DNA from: Dehalococcoidia bacterium
GTDB taxonomy: Bacteria > Chloroflexota > Dehalococcoidia > Dehalococcoidales > UBA3254
DNA: 64,000 nt
Direction: 5' to 3'
NCBI GenBank assembly: GCA_025361145.1
Contig: JANYAV010000014.1
Span: forward strand, 5,658-69,657
Every line of letters begins with the position of its first letter. The stretch's first letter is position 1. A model generated the notes under the pieces. That model had not been told where the DNA came from and ran no database searches. It worked only from the letters and a program-made list of their open reading frames with translations. The position numbers were made by a program, and so were the translations under genes. Below are positions 47,945-58,290 of this stretch, one piece after another.

Positions 47945-50359
47945 CTAAATCTTCCTCGCTGTTTTCACCCTAAAAGTTGAACTTTTATCATCTATCACGA
48001 ATGTAATTGTGCCATCTAAGTCAGTGCGGTAGATTGTTTTAATGCCTGCCTCATGTATCCTTGCCAGAACAGATTGATCAGGATGACCAAATTGGTTATT
48101 TGCACCAACAGATATAACCGCTATCGCAGGATTGGTTACCATTAAAAATGAAGCTGATGAAGATGTGGCTGAACCATGATGAGCTATCTTTAATATATCC
48201 GTATTTTTAACTAAGCGTTCGCGTAAAAGCAATGATTCAGTTTTACTACCAATATCGGAAGTTAGAAAAATACTATGGTCGCCATAAGTTAAGAGCATAA
48301 CGAGAGAACAATCATCGATTTCAACAGAGGATTCTGTGTAAATATTATCAGAAGGATTAAGAATATTCAGTAGTGCCCCGTTGCTTAACATAAACTGTTG
48401 CCCACTTTTCGCGATAAGGTATTCTATTTTATTTTCCACCGCTCTTTGCAGGAATTCTTGATAAGAGGGCAAATCAGAAGATAAAGGAGACGCCAAAATT
48501 TTTCCGATTTGGTACCTTTTCATAACCTCCAGCAAACCAGTAAGATGATCGAGGTGGGGATGGGAAAGAATAAGCAGATCTATCTTACGTTCCCAGAAGG
48601 GCAACAACTTACCCAGTTCTTGACAAACGGTCTGTCCACTGGGTCCGCCATCAATTAAAATATTCTGTCCATTAGCTTGAATTAATATGGCATCCCCTTC
48701 GCCTACATCCAAGAAACTTACCTGAAGGTTATTTTCAGGCAAACTAGTGCAGGCTAATGACGTCAAAATCGTAATAATCAGCAAAGGCGGAATAATATAT
48801 TTAGACCTCGAACCAATAATTTCTCCAACTGAATTGCTCCAATTGGAAAGGTTAAACTTGATTGTGCCAAACAACGCATGGAGTTTATTAAGGGCTGTTT
48901 TAAGGTTGATGAATAGTAAAAACAAAACATAATAAAGCCAGATAAATCTATAATCAAATGGATTATTCTTAATGAAAGCCGAGGGAAGGGCGGCAAAGGA
49001 AACGGCTATTACGATCATATACGAAAGGAACAGCCAGGCAACCCAGCCTATCGCCTGGGCAATTGCCAGGTTGAAAAGACCCACGAAAGCGGTCAGCGAT
49101 CCGAATATAATAATCGGAGTTAACGCTGGAGAAATGAGGAAAGTAGTTACAGGGCCGACAAGTGATATAATCCCGAATGTATAGGAACTGATGGGCCAAA
49201 CAGCAATGACAGCGCCCAGTGAAACGCTAAAACTGTCCGTGATGGCAGTTAAGGGCTTAGCCCAGGAACTTTCTTCTCCCAAACCAGCATAAACGGCCTT
49301 TCGTCCAATCTCGGTAAAGTAGGGAGTGATAAATATCAGACCGACCATAGCCATAAAACTCAATTGAAATGAAAGATTGAACAAGACTTGAGGTGAAAAA
49401 GCTACCATGATGGCGGCACTGAAAGCCAGAGTAGGAAAAGCATTTTTTTGCCGGCCCAGTATTTCAGCAATAAGAAAAATACTGGCCATAATAGCGCTAC
49501 GAATAACTGGGGCTTGTAAACCGGTCAAAACGGCGTAAAACCAGATAATGCACAGAGTAAGCCAGACATAGATAAAATATCGGCGCCCGCAAAACAAGAG
49601 CGTTAATGATAGCAACAATCCAGCAACAATAGTTAAATTAAGACCTGAAATTGCCAATAAATGAGTGGTTCCTGATTCAGAGAGTTCTGCTCTGAGCTCC
49701 TGAGAAATATTACTGCGAATACCTAATACAATACCCTGGCAGAGGGAAGCCTGAGGCTCGGGCAAAGATGCTGCCAGGGATTGTGATAGATTTTCGCGCA
49801 GGTCGAAAAGCCATGTCATCCCTGTTGACCCTGCGCCCCTATCGATTATTTTATAGTCCATTACCTGGACGATAGAATAGATACCCTCTCCTGCCAGATA
49901 AGCCGCATAATTGAAGTTCCCGAAAGTAGGAGGCTCCTCTAAAACAATTTGTCCAATAATAACATCCCCGTATTTAAGGTTTGAATTGGAGTAAGTAGTG
50001 TAAAGGACTTTACCATAAACAGAATGATGGTTAATTTCCTGGATGGATATAACCAATTGATTTTTATTGTCTTGCTTTTCCGGTGCTTCAGCGATAATTC
50101 CATTAAAATCAAGGGGGCCAAGGTGGTTATAAATCTTGATTGAGTTATATGTATGACTCAAGGTGGGAGACAACCAAGCTCCAGAGAATAAGAATAAAAG
50201 AACAAGTGCCAATAAAATAAGGTGTTTTCGGTGGTTCTTGAGACCGAAAATCAGTGGCACAGGTAAAACAGCACTCAAAATAAGAGCAGCAGGAATACAA
50301 AACTGACTGCCCAGCCAGATTCCAGCAATCCAGGCGCAACTGATGCCTATAAGCAGCAT
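47945..50359 (-). CDS. comEC: DNA uptake channel ComEC/Rec2
   Basis: HLLAISGLN, P.IRS.IM, SFQLSF; MBL domain DVGEGD, SHPHLDH, HHGS, GHP. Confidence 0.92.
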   Translation of the reverse strand: MLLIGISCAWIAGIWLGSQFCIPAALILSAVLPVPLIFGLKNHRKHLILLALVLLFLFSGAWLSPTLSHTYNSIKIYNHLGPLDFNGIIAEAPEKQDNKNQLVISIQEINHHSVYGKVLYTTYSNSNLKYGDVIIGQIVLEEPPTFGNFNYAAYLAGEGIYSIVQVMDYKIIDRGAGSTGMTWLFDLRENLSQSLAASLPEPQASLCQGIVLGIRSNISQELRAELSESGTTHLLAISGLNLTIVAGLLLSLTLLFCGRRYFIYVWLTLCIIWFYAVLTGLQAPVIRSAIMASIFLIAEILGRQKNAFPTLAFSAAIMVAFSPQVLFNLSFQLSFMAMVGLIFITPYFTEIGRKAVYAGLGEESSWAKPLTAITDSFSVSLGAVIAVWPISSYTFGIISLVGPVTTFLISPALTPIIIFGSLTAFVGLFNLAIAQAIGWVAWLFLSYMIVIAVSFAALPSAFIKNNPFDYRFIWLYYVLFLLFINLKTALNKLHALFGTIKFNLSNWSNSVGEIIGSRSKYIIPPLLIITILTSLACTSLPENNLQVSFLDVGEGDAILIQANGQNILIDGGPSGQTVCQELGKLLPFWERKIDLLILSHPHLDHLTGLLEVMKRYQIGKILASPLSSDLPSYQEFLQRAVENKIEYLIAKSGQQFMLSNGALLNILNPSDNIYTESSVEIDDCSLVMLLTYGDHSIFLTSDIGSKTESLLLRERLVKNTDILKIAHHGSATSSSASFLMVTNPAIAVISVGANNQFGHPDQSVLARIHEAGIKTIYRTDLDGTITFVIDDKSSTFRVKTARKI

Positions 50360-50373
50360 GTTTTTTGTCCTGT

Positions 50374-50886
50374 TTATTCGGAAATAGTAATAAAGCCCTT
50401 GATCTTATCAAAAATAGATTGGCTTAAACCCGGAACATTCATTATTTCCTCAATATTCCTGAAAGGCCCATTTTGAGTGCGAAAGTCGACGATATCTTGA
50501 GCTCGCACATCTCCTATACCGGGTAAAGCTTTGAGCAGCCATATATCCGCCCGGTTAATATCTATTTTTTGAGAAATGGGCAAGTCGCCTGTTGGAGAAA
50601 CAATGATTTTAATAGTGGATGAGTCGGCGTTTTGCTTAAATCCGCCGGCAGAATCTATAAGATCGCTGAGAGTATCATCAGCTAGTAGGGGAAAGGAACC
50701 GGGATTTGCTACCGAGCCTTCAATAATGACCTTGTTAGAAACAATTGTGTGGTTTTCTGGTGATAAAAGGATGATTTCCTGCCCTTTATCCCGGCCCAGC
50801 CAGATCACCAAAGAACCCACAAGGATAATCAATATGAGGACGCCGGTAGCCAGTAACCAGAGGCGGTTCAGCTTATCTGGGGTCAT
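50374..50886 (-). CDS. comEA: ComEA DNA receptor (TM-SLBB-HhH)
   Basis: GSVANPG, IDINRA, LPGIG..RA..IV.FR..GPF. Confidence 0.9.
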   Translation of the reverse strand: MTPDKLNRLWLLATGVLILIILVGSLVIWLGRDKGQEIILLSPENHTIVSNKVIIEGSVANPGSFPLLADDTLSDLIDSAGGFKQNADSSTIKIIVSPTGDLPISQKIDINRADIWLLKALPGIGDVRAQDIVDFRTQNGPFRNIEEIMNVPGLSQSIFDKIKGFITISE

Positions 50887-50960
50887 TTATAAACCTCCAG
50901 TTTTACGCTTCTAAGTAAAAACAAGAAACCCAGCTGCCGAAATTGGGCAATAAAGAATAT

Positions 50961-51623
50961 CTATTTACCTTTCAAAGCGAGTTTAAGCTGATCTTCGGTA
51001 TCAGTAGGGGTCAAGGCGATAATTTGGTCACCGGTCTGAATATATAGATCGGGAGTCGCAGTTACGGGTTTTTGGTCACGGTGTATGATGAGTGTAAGTA
51101 TACTGCCAGCGGGTAATTCCAGGTCTTTGATCTTTTTCCCTACGCTCCTGGCATCGGCAGGAATCTTGATCTCCACCATTTCCATGCCTCTCTCGTGCAG
51201 AGTCATAAGGTGGGTTAACATGTGGGTAGGCATTTCTTGCTGGATGCTTTCCATGATCACATCGGTGCTGTTAATAGTGACATCTATACCAAGCAGTCGG
51301 AAGATAGCTTCGTTATTAGGATTATTAATACGAGCAATAGTGCGGGGAACATTAAATTTATGCTTGGCAACCTGACAAGCTACCAAATTATCCTCATCGT
51401 CGCCAGTGACTGAAATCAACATATCAGCTCTGGCAGCACCGGCATCAGCTAGAGTAGATACTTCACAGCCGTCACCCAGCATACAGACGGCACCTAAATC
51501 ATTGGAAATGAATTCGATCCGACTGCGTTCTTTTTCAATGATCAAAATCTCATTTGATTCTGTTAGCAAAGCTTTTCCCAGGTGGTAGCCTACTTTACCG
51601 CCTCCAATAACGATGATATACAT
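50961..51623 (-). CDS. trkA: TrkA/KtrA-family RCK protein (RCK_N + RCK_C)
   Basis: GGGKVG, GDG, TGDDEDN; C-terminal RCK_C domain. Confidence 0.88.
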   Translation of the reverse strand: MYIIVIGGGKVGYHLGKALLTESNEILIIEKERSRIEFISNDLGAVCMLGDGCEVSTLADAGAARADMLISVTGDDEDNLVACQVAKHKFNVPRTIARINNPNNEAIFRLLGIDVTINSTDVIMESIQQEMPTHMLTHLMTLHERGMEMVEIKIPADARSVGKKIKDLELPAGSILTLIIHRDQKPVTATPDLYIQTGDQIIALTPTDTEDQLKLALKGK

Positions 51624-52030
51624 TATTGACCTCGATCCAGTAGATTACTTTTTAAAAGCTGGGCGAAAATAATAGTAGGGCTAAATGCTTCCAGACCAAG
51701 GTTATTATATAATTCGCGGCGTAATGGATCATAAACGCGCAGCAAGACCTTAGGTACTTTAAAAATATATTTGGCAATCTGAGCAGCCATAATGTTACGA
51801 TTGTCACCCTGGGTTACAGCAACGAAAGCTTCTGCAGACTCAATCCCAGCTTTCTTGAGAGTTTCATCGTTAGTACCGTCGCCGACAAGAGCAGTGCCTT
51901 TAAAATCTGCAGGAAGACGGCGAAAACTAAACTCGCTAACATCCAAAACAGTAACCTGATGACCTTCAGCATCCAGCGTTGTAGCTAGTTGCGCACCGGT
52001 ACGACCGCAACCCATAATAAAAATCTTCAT
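51623..52030 (-). CDS. TrkA-N (RCK_N only) protein
   Basis: GCGRTG, GDG, TQGDNRN. Confidence 0.85.
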   Translation of the reverse strand: MKIFIMGCGRTGAQLATTLDAEGHQVTVLDVSEFSFRRLPADFKGTALVGDGTNDETLKKAGIESAEAFVAVTQGDNRNIMAAQIAKYIFKVPKVLLRVYDPLRRELYNNLGLEAFSPTIIFAQLLKSNLLDRGQ

Positions 52031-52497
52031 ATCTTGTTCCTGTCGCCTGTTTCCCTAATATATTGAGAACATAACATTACCCGACAAGATGCGTTTCGGA
52101 GAACATAAGGAACAATGGACCCTAAGTTAAATTGTCCGAAGCGGGATTGAGGTTTGATACCCATTAAAATCAAATCAATTTTGCGGTCAACTGCTTGATC
52201 GATTATGGTGGGAGCGACTTCCCGTGCTTGCAATAAATCAGTTTCTATTACATAATCCTCATCTTCGGCAATCTTTTCCATACGGATAAGGATTTCCTCA
52301 GCTCTACGTGTTTCTGATTCTATTTCTGCCTCTAACGGTAAGGAACGTTTGATAGTGATAACATATAAAACATAAAGCTTGCTTTTATCGCGACTAGCTA
52401 TCCAGCAAGCAGTTCTTATAGTTTCCTCATCTGTATCTGTCCCGGTCACGGGCACAAGAATACGGTGGATAATGTTCCTTTTTTTCTCTTCGCTCAT
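52027..52497 (-). CDS. Universal stress protein
   Basis: ILVPVTG, DLILMG, LGS..YVLRNA.C.V. Confidence 0.88.
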   Translation of the reverse strand: MSEEKKRNIIHRILVPVTGTDTDEETIRTACWIASRDKSKLYVLYVITIKRSLPLEAEIESETRRAEEILIRMEKIAEDEDYVIETDLLQAREVAPTIIDQAVDRKIDLILMGIKPQSRFGQFNLGSIVPYVLRNASCRVMLCSQYIRETGDRNKI

Positions 52498-52759
52498 AAG
52501 TATTGTAGTATTATATGATTATCTGGTTAATTTAATCAATAGTCTATTACGCATGATGGGCTTTACGTTTACTTTTTAAAATAATGCCTTTAGTAGGCTG
52601 AAAATCCACCAGATTATGGGTTTCCAACGACTCAAAACAATAATCTCTTATAACTAAAATAGATTTTGTTGGTTGGGTTTAGTGGATACGAACAGTTGCC
52701 ATGTTTAGCGATAATGGCATATTATATTAACATATTAAAACTACTGTGAGGGGATAATT

Positions 52760-53050
52760 ATGTCTATCGAGTTAGTACATGTTGGGTTTGATAATTTTCT
52801 GGCGGTTAAGCGAATTGTTGCTATTGCCTCACCGGCTTCTACTAATATTAAGCGAGCGATAAAAGAGGCCATTGCTAAAGGTGTATTAATAGACATGACT
52901 CACGGCCGTAAGACAAGGGCAGCCATTTTTACAGATAACGGACATATCTTTTTAACCTCTCGTGCTCCAGAAATCATTGCCGGTCGTTTGCAGGTCAGCC
53001 ATGTGGGTTCAATTTTAAAATCAGAGCAGGAAGATGATACCAACGAATAA
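52760..53050 (+). CDS. remA: RemA/DUF370-family regulator
   Basis: HVGF.N, LIDMTHGRKTRA; classic position upstream of gmk. Confidence 0.85.
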   Translation: MSIELVHVGFDNFLAVKRIVAIASPASTNIKRAIKEAIAKGVLIDMTHGRKTRAAIFTDNGHIFLTSRAPEIIAGRLQVSHVGSILKSEQEDDTNE

Positions 53051-53669
53051 GATACAAGAGGACACTTCTGAATATACGAGTGCTCCTCTGGTTATTATAA
53101 TGTCCGGCCCTTCCGGCGTGGGTAAAGATGCTATCCTCAGCCGTATGAAGGAACGACGATACCCGTTTTTCTTTGTAACTACCATGACCACACGTCAACG
53201 TAGGGAAACTGAAATAGACCAGGTTGACTATCATTTTGTCTCGGTTCAGGATTTTCAAGCGTTGCTTAATAGCAAGGGACTCTTGGAATCTGCTAATGTA
53301 TATGGAAATTGGTACGGTGTTCCCAAAAAACCAATTGAAGAAGCTATTGCCAAAGGTCAGGATACAATCATAAAAGTGGATGTACAGGGCGCGGCAAATA
53401 TAAAAAGAATTTTACCTGAGGCTGTTTATATTTTTATCAATGCGCCTTCTTTGGGTGAATTGTGTAATAGATTAATAAGCCGCTGTACGGAAAATGCCGC
53501 TGATCTATCATTGCGGATAAAAACCGCTCAATCCGAATTGGCCAAAATGGCTGATTTTGACTACGTGGTGATGAATCCCCCCGGTGATATTGAAAGCGCT
53601 GTAAAAGATATTTTAGCAATAGTAAAAGCCGAAAAATGCCGGGTTAAGCAGCGCCAAATCAATTTATAA
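53034..53669 (+). CDS. gmk: Guanylate kinase
   Basis: GPSGVGK, TTR..R..E...DYHF, YGNWYG. Confidence 0.95.
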   Translation: MIPTNKIQEDTSEYTSAPLVIIMSGPSGVGKDAILSRMKERRYPFFFVTTMTTRQRRETEIDQVDYHFVSVQDFQALLNSKGLLESANVYGNWYGVPKKPIEEAIAKGQDTIIKVDVQGAANIKRILPEAVYIFINAPSLGELCNRLISRCTENAADLSLRIKTAQSELAKMADFDYVVMNPPGDIESAVKDILAIVKAEKCRVKQRQINL

Positions 53670-53739
53670 TATTTTATAGCTATCTTAAACAATACGCCAC
53701 ACGTTTGCCTTCTTTTATAAACTCCTCAAATCCTGTAGA

Positions 53740-56328
53740 ATGATTTTTACCATGATTGAGAATCTGACACCTATCCGCCAGCAATATCTAAAAGTTAAAC
53801 TACAATATCCTCAGGTTATAGTTTTTTTTCGCTTGGGTGATTTTTACGAGACCTTCGATGAGGATGCCCGTATAGCATCGAAAGAACTCGAAATCGTCCT
53901 AACCGCGCGTAGTATGGGGAAAGGTAATTCTATCCCCATGGCTGGGATTCCATATCATGCGGTAGATAATTATCTGGCCCGTTTGATAAATCGCGGTTAT
54001 AAAGTAGCCATTTGCGAACAAATGACCAAAGCTGGAGAGACAAAGGGGATTGTCCAAAGAGAAGTTGTGAGGTTGGTTACACCTGGCACTGTAATCGAGC
54101 CTGGATTATTAATAAGCAAAGTAAATAATTATTTGCTGAGCGTATTTATAGACCGTGCTCAAGCCGGTTTAGCTTACGCAGATATCACAACCGGAGAATT
54201 TGAGGTAGCGCAGACATCATTGAACAGGGTAATAAATGAGATAGAAAGACTTAAGCCATCAGAAATACTTGTTCCCAAAACTTTAGATATTACTTCTTTC
54301 AAAATTACCAGCCCCATGACTCGTTTGGAAGATTATGACTATGACCTAGAATCGGCCTCAAAGATTTTGTTAGATCAGTTTAAAGTGGCGTCTTTAGATG
54401 GATTTGGTTGCGCCAATCTGCCTTTGGCTCTAAGGGCGGCAGGAAGTATCCTGCATTACTTGAAAGAAACTCAAAAGAATTCACTTAATCACTTAAACGG
54501 GTTAACAACTTACTCAACTGAAAGTTTTATGGCTTTGGATCTACAAACGCAGAATAATCTGGAGTTATTACACAGCAGCCGTACTTTAAAGGCAGAAGGA
54601 TCGCTTCTCTCTGTTTTAGATTTTACACGAACTGCAATGGGCGGTAGGTTACTTAGAAAATGGCTTGGGCAACCACTATTAGATATACAGCAGCTTAACC
54701 AGCGTTTGGATGCGGTTCAGTGGGCTTATAACGAAAGCCTAAAAAGGTTAAAATTTATTGCTCTCTTAAGCGATGTGGCTGATATGGAGCGCTTGATTAA
54801 TCGCATCAAGACTGGCATTGCTTCTCCGCGAGAGATCATTGCGCTAAGAAAGGGCCTTGAGGTTATTCCTGAGATAAAGTCAATTATCGAAGCAAGTCCT
54901 TTGAATTGGTTGGAAAAGGACTTGCATCCTCAACCTGAAATAGTTGAGTTGATCGGTAAGGCGATAAACGATCACCCACCCGCTGTTTTGGATGAAGGTG
55001 GAGTAATTAAAGTAGGGTTCTCTCCTGAGCTTGATGAGTTGCGTAATCGTTCTAACAGTTCCAAACAATATTTAGCTGGATTAGAAAAGCGGGAAAGAGA
55101 AAAAACCGGGATAAAATCACTTAAAGTGGGATATAACCGAATTTTTGGATATTACATTGAAGTTTCCAATGCTAACCTGGGGCAAGTGCCCCAACATTTT
55201 ATTAGAAAACAGACATTAGTGGGAGGAGAGAGATTTTATACTCCAGAATTAAAAGAATATGAGGCGCTTATCTTGCATGCACAGGAGCGCATAATCGAAA
55301 TGGAGTCAGATCTTTTCAAGGTTATTTGCGGTCAAATAGCTGCAACTGGTGAAGCAATTGCCACCCTGGCGCAAGCTATTGCTACCATAGATGTGATAAA
55401 TGCCCTCGCTGAGGCCGCTATCCGTTATAACTACGTAAGACCAAATTTAAATTCAGGAAAGGCTTTAACAATAAAGGATGGAAGACATCCGGTAGTGGAA
55501 CGTAGTTTGCCCGAGAACGTTTTTATCTGCAATGACACTTATCTATCTAACGAGGATGCCCGGTTAATCATTTTAACGGGACCAAATATGTCAGGTAAGT
55601 CAACTTATTTGCGGCAAGTAGCTTTGATCGTATTGATGGCGCAGATCGGCAGTTTTGTGCCGGCATCTTCAGCAGATATAGGGATAGTAGATAGAATATT
55701 TACGCGTATAGGTGCAGGAGAAGATCTGGCGGCAGGAAAGTCTACCTTCATGGTTGAAATGTCTGAAACTGCAAATATTCTGAACAACGCCACGGCGGAA
55801 TCCTTGATAATATTGGATGAAATAGGCCGAGGGACCAGCACTTATGACGGCTTGTCTATCGCGCGGGCTGTGGCCGAATATATTCATAATTCCCCCAGAT
55901 TGGGCGCGAAGACCCTTTTTGCTACTCATTATCATGAGTTAGTAGAGTTAGCAGGATTTTTACCTTTTGCCAAAAATTTCAATGTATCGGTTATTGAAGA
56001 CAAAGGTGAAGTAGTATTTTTGCGTAAAGTTGTCCCAGGGGGAGTTGATAAAAGCTATGGCATCCATGTTGCCAAATTAGCCGGATTGCCCAGAACAGTG
56101 ATTAATAGAGCACAAGAAGTTTTGACCACCCTTGAAAATAATGAGAGCAATATATCTGTCTCAAAACCTAAAAGGGATATTATTAATAACCAAATTAGCC
56201 AGATAACATTTTTGGGGACTAAATCGGTGGTTTTAGAAGAACTCGAAGATATTGATTTAGACGGTCTAACGCCTCTGGATGCACTGAATAAGCTTTATGT
56301 GCTGCAGAAGAAGGCCAAAGAAGCTTAA
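53740..56328 (+). CDS. mutS: DNA mismatch repair protein MutS
   Basis: GDFYETF, GPNMSGKST, STFMVEM, DEIGRGTST, ATHYHE, SYGI.VA. Confidence 0.97.
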   Translation: MIFTMIENLTPIRQQYLKVKLQYPQVIVFFRLGDFYETFDEDARIASKELEIVLTARSMGKGNSIPMAGIPYHAVDNYLARLINRGYKVAICEQMTKAGETKGIVQREVVRLVTPGTVIEPGLLISKVNNYLLSVFIDRAQAGLAYADITTGEFEVAQTSLNRVINEIERLKPSEILVPKTLDITSFKITSPMTRLEDYDYDLESASKILLDQFKVASLDGFGCANLPLALRAAGSILHYLKETQKNSLNHLNGLTTYSTESFMALDLQTQNNLELLHSSRTLKAEGSLLSVLDFTRTAMGGRLLRKWLGQPLLDIQQLNQRLDAVQWAYNESLKRLKFIALLSDVADMERLINRIKTGIASPREIIALRKGLEVIPEIKSIIEASPLNWLEKDLHPQPEIVELIGKAINDHPPAVLDEGGVIKVGFSPELDELRNRSNSSKQYLAGLEKREREKTGIKSLKVGYNRIFGYYIEVSNANLGQVPQHFIRKQTLVGGERFYTPELKEYEALILHAQERIIEMESDLFKVICGQIAATGEAIATLAQAIATIDVINALAEAAIRYNYVRPNLNSGKALTIKDGRHPVVERSLPENVFICNDTYLSNEDARLIILTGPNMSGKSTYLRQVALIVLMAQIGSFVPASSADIGIVDRIFTRIGAGEDLAAGKSTFMVEMSETANILNNATAESLIILDEIGRGTSTYDGLSIARAVAEYIHNSPRLGAKTLFATHYHELVELAGFLPFAKNFNVSVIEDKGEVVFLRKVVPGGVDKSYGIHVAKLAGLPRTVINRAQEVLTTLENNESNISVSKPKRDIINNQISQITFLGTKSVVLEELEDIDLDGLTPLDALNKLYVLQKKAKEA

Positions 56329-56391
56329 TATAAACATAATAACCTTTTTGATTAAATACAGTGTTAACCCTTTTCTGTCCCGGGTAAAAGG

Positions 56392-56646
56392 TTAGTGAGA
56401 GTAAGCTCCGGAGATAAAATATAACGCAGCGATCAGGGCTATTATCATTATTGCTAGCGTAATAATAAAGCGTGTGTTATATTTCCCGTTGGGAAACCGC
56501 CAGACAATAACCGGCCGATTAGCTAATCGATTTCTAACAATAGCGGCTGCTTCTTCCGAGGTTAGTTTTCTGCTAATGGGTTGCGGATTAATATTGTTAG
56601 CAGGCGTTTCAGAGCCTTTTCTTTTAGATTCTTTTTCTTTAGACAC
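56392..56646 (-). CDS. Small hypothetical protein with a C-terminal TM helix
   Basis: 84 aa, basic N-terminus, one hydrophobic helix. Confidence 0.55.
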   Translation of the reverse strand: MSKEKESKRKGSETPANNINPQPISRKLTSEEAAAIVRNRLANRPVIVWRFPNGKYNTRFIITLAIMIIALIAALYFISGAYSH

Positions 56647-56701
56647 TTATTCGGTCACCCTTTTATTTATTTCCATTATTATAGCATTGAGAGTTGCTTT
56701 G

Positions 56702-56766
56702 CGCATATTTATTCAGTGATCATAGAAGTTCTAAATTTGACAAAGTTGTTTAATAGCGATTAGAAT
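56702..56766 (+). promoter_or_regulatory. arg operon promoter and candidate ARG box
   Basis: TTGACA(56738)-17bp-TAGAAT(56761). CGCATATTTATTCA (56702-56715) resembles the ArgR consensus. Confidence 0.6.
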
Positions 56767-56777
56767 TTTAATGTAAT

Positions 56778-56906
56778 ATGACTCAGGAAGAACAAATATT
56801 AATGTCGGTGTATAATCCGGGAAATAGAGAAATAAGGCGTATAAGGTTTACCTCAATATTTGAGGCAGGTCTAGTATGTCTCTTTACCCCCGCGAAAGGT
56901 GTTTAG
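56778..56906 (+). CDS. Candidate Arg-rich leader peptide
   Basis: MTQEEQILMSVYNPGNREIRRIRFTSIFEAGLVCLFTPAKGV*; four Arg codons (AGA, AGG, CGT, AGG) within seven codons. Confidence 0.45.
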   Translation: MTQEEQILMSVYNPGNREIRRIRFTSIFEAGLVCLFTPAKGV

Positions 56907-56937
56907 TTACCAGAACAACATTGTTTAGAGCACATCA

Positions 56938-56968
56938 AGCCTGGAATCGATTTATTCCAGGCTTTTAT
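56938..56968 (+). terminator. Intrinsic terminator inside the arg leader (candidate attenuator)
   Basis: aagcctggaat-cgattt-attccaggctt followed by ttattgttt, between the promoter and argJ. Confidence 0.75.
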
Positions 56969-57068
56969 TGTTTAAAAGATACGAAATTAAAAATAAGGAG
57001 TAATGCCATAAAAGCGGTTGGTTCAAATTGATAGAGCGAGCGTAATATGGTATATTTTGAGAGTATAA

Positions 57069-58289
57069 ATGAGCACAACAATAGAAATAATCCCTGAGGG
57101 TGGTGTGACTTCTCCTCGAGGTTTTACGGCGGGAGCCACCTATGCAGGTATAAAAAAATATTCTAAAGACGCACTGGATTTAAGTGTGCTTTATTCTGAG
57201 ACTATTTGCACAGCGGCCGCCGTGTTTACCACCAATAAGATCAAAGCTGCTCCGGTCATTATCGATCAAAATAATCTGGCAAAAACTGGAAAAGCGCAGG
57301 CAGTCGTTATTAATAGCGGCTGCGCTAATGCCTGTACCGGAGAACAGGGAATGGCAGCAGCTTTAACCACGGCGGATCTTACTGCTTCTTTCCTGGGGCT
57401 ACCTTCTGACATGATAATGCTGGCAAGTACCGGTGTTATTGGCGTTCAACTAGCTGTAGATAAAATTAAAACCGGTTTATCCAATATCATTTTAAGTGTG
57501 GAAGGTGGAAACTCTCTGACCATGGCTATTATGACCACGGATACAAGACCGAAAAAGATAGCTGTGAAAATTGAGGATGGCGGGATTAGTTACACTATTG
57601 GCGGGACCTGCAAAGGGGCAGGGATGATTCATCCTGATATGGCAACGATGCTGGGTTTTATAACTACAGACGCAGCGGTAGACGGGGTATTTCTTAAGGA
57701 AGCGTTAAACAAAGCTGTGGCTGATTCTTTCAACCTAATTTCCGTAGACGGTGATACTAGCACTAATGACACAGTGCTTTTAATGGCAAATGGTTTAGCT
57801 GGAAACCCATTAATAAATTATGGGTCCACTTTAGGTTCAAGTTTTCAAAAGGCACTTAATCAGGTCTGTTTATATCTGGCTAAAAGCATCGCCAGGGATG
57901 GCGAAGGCGCCACACGCTTAATTGAGGTCGTAGTAAATGGGGCTATGAGCATTAATGACGCCCGCTTAGCAGTCAGGACCATTACCAGTTCTCCTCTAGT
58001 CAAAACAGCTGTTCATGGGGGCGATCCAAACTGGGGACGTATTATCGCTGCGGTTGGGAGAAGCGGTGCTGCCATAGTGCCTGAAAAGTCAGATGTTTAT
58101 ATCGGTGATATGTGCCTGTTGAAACACGGTTTGCCTCTGGTTTTTGATAAGAAGGCTGCAGCAGCCTTATTGAAAAGAGAAGAGGTTGTTTTAAGAGTGG
58201 AATTAAATATCGGGAAGGCATGTGCGATAGGGTGGGGCTGTGACCTCTCTAAAGAATATGTTGAAATAAATGCAGAGTACACTACTTAA
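57069..58289 (+). CDS. argJ: Bifunctional ornithine acetyltransferase
   Basis: NSGCANACTG, STGVIG, MTTDT, KGAGMIHPDMATML, DGDTSTND. Confidence 0.96.
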   Translation: MSTTIEIIPEGGVTSPRGFTAGATYAGIKKYSKDALDLSVLYSETICTAAAVFTTNKIKAAPVIIDQNNLAKTGKAQAVVINSGCANACTGEQGMAAALTTADLTASFLGLPSDMIMLASTGVIGVQLAVDKIKTGLSNIILSVEGGNSLTMAIMTTDTRPKKIAVKIEDGGISYTIGGTCKGAGMIHPDMATMLGFITTDAAVDGVFLKEALNKAVADSFNLISVDGDTSTNDTVLLMANGLAGNPLINYGSTLGSSFQKALNQVCLYLAKSIARDGEGATRLIEVVVNGAMSINDARLAVRTITSSPLVKTAVHGGDPNWGRIIAAVGRSGAAIVPEKSDVYIGDMCLLKHGLPLVFDKKAAAALLKREEVVLRVELNIGKACAIGWGCDLSKEYVEINAEYTT

Positions 58290-58290
58290 A

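Noticed and set aside
56770-56970. T-box riboswitch upstream of argJ
   Set aside because: No GGTGGNACCGCG-like T-box sequence was found before the terminator.
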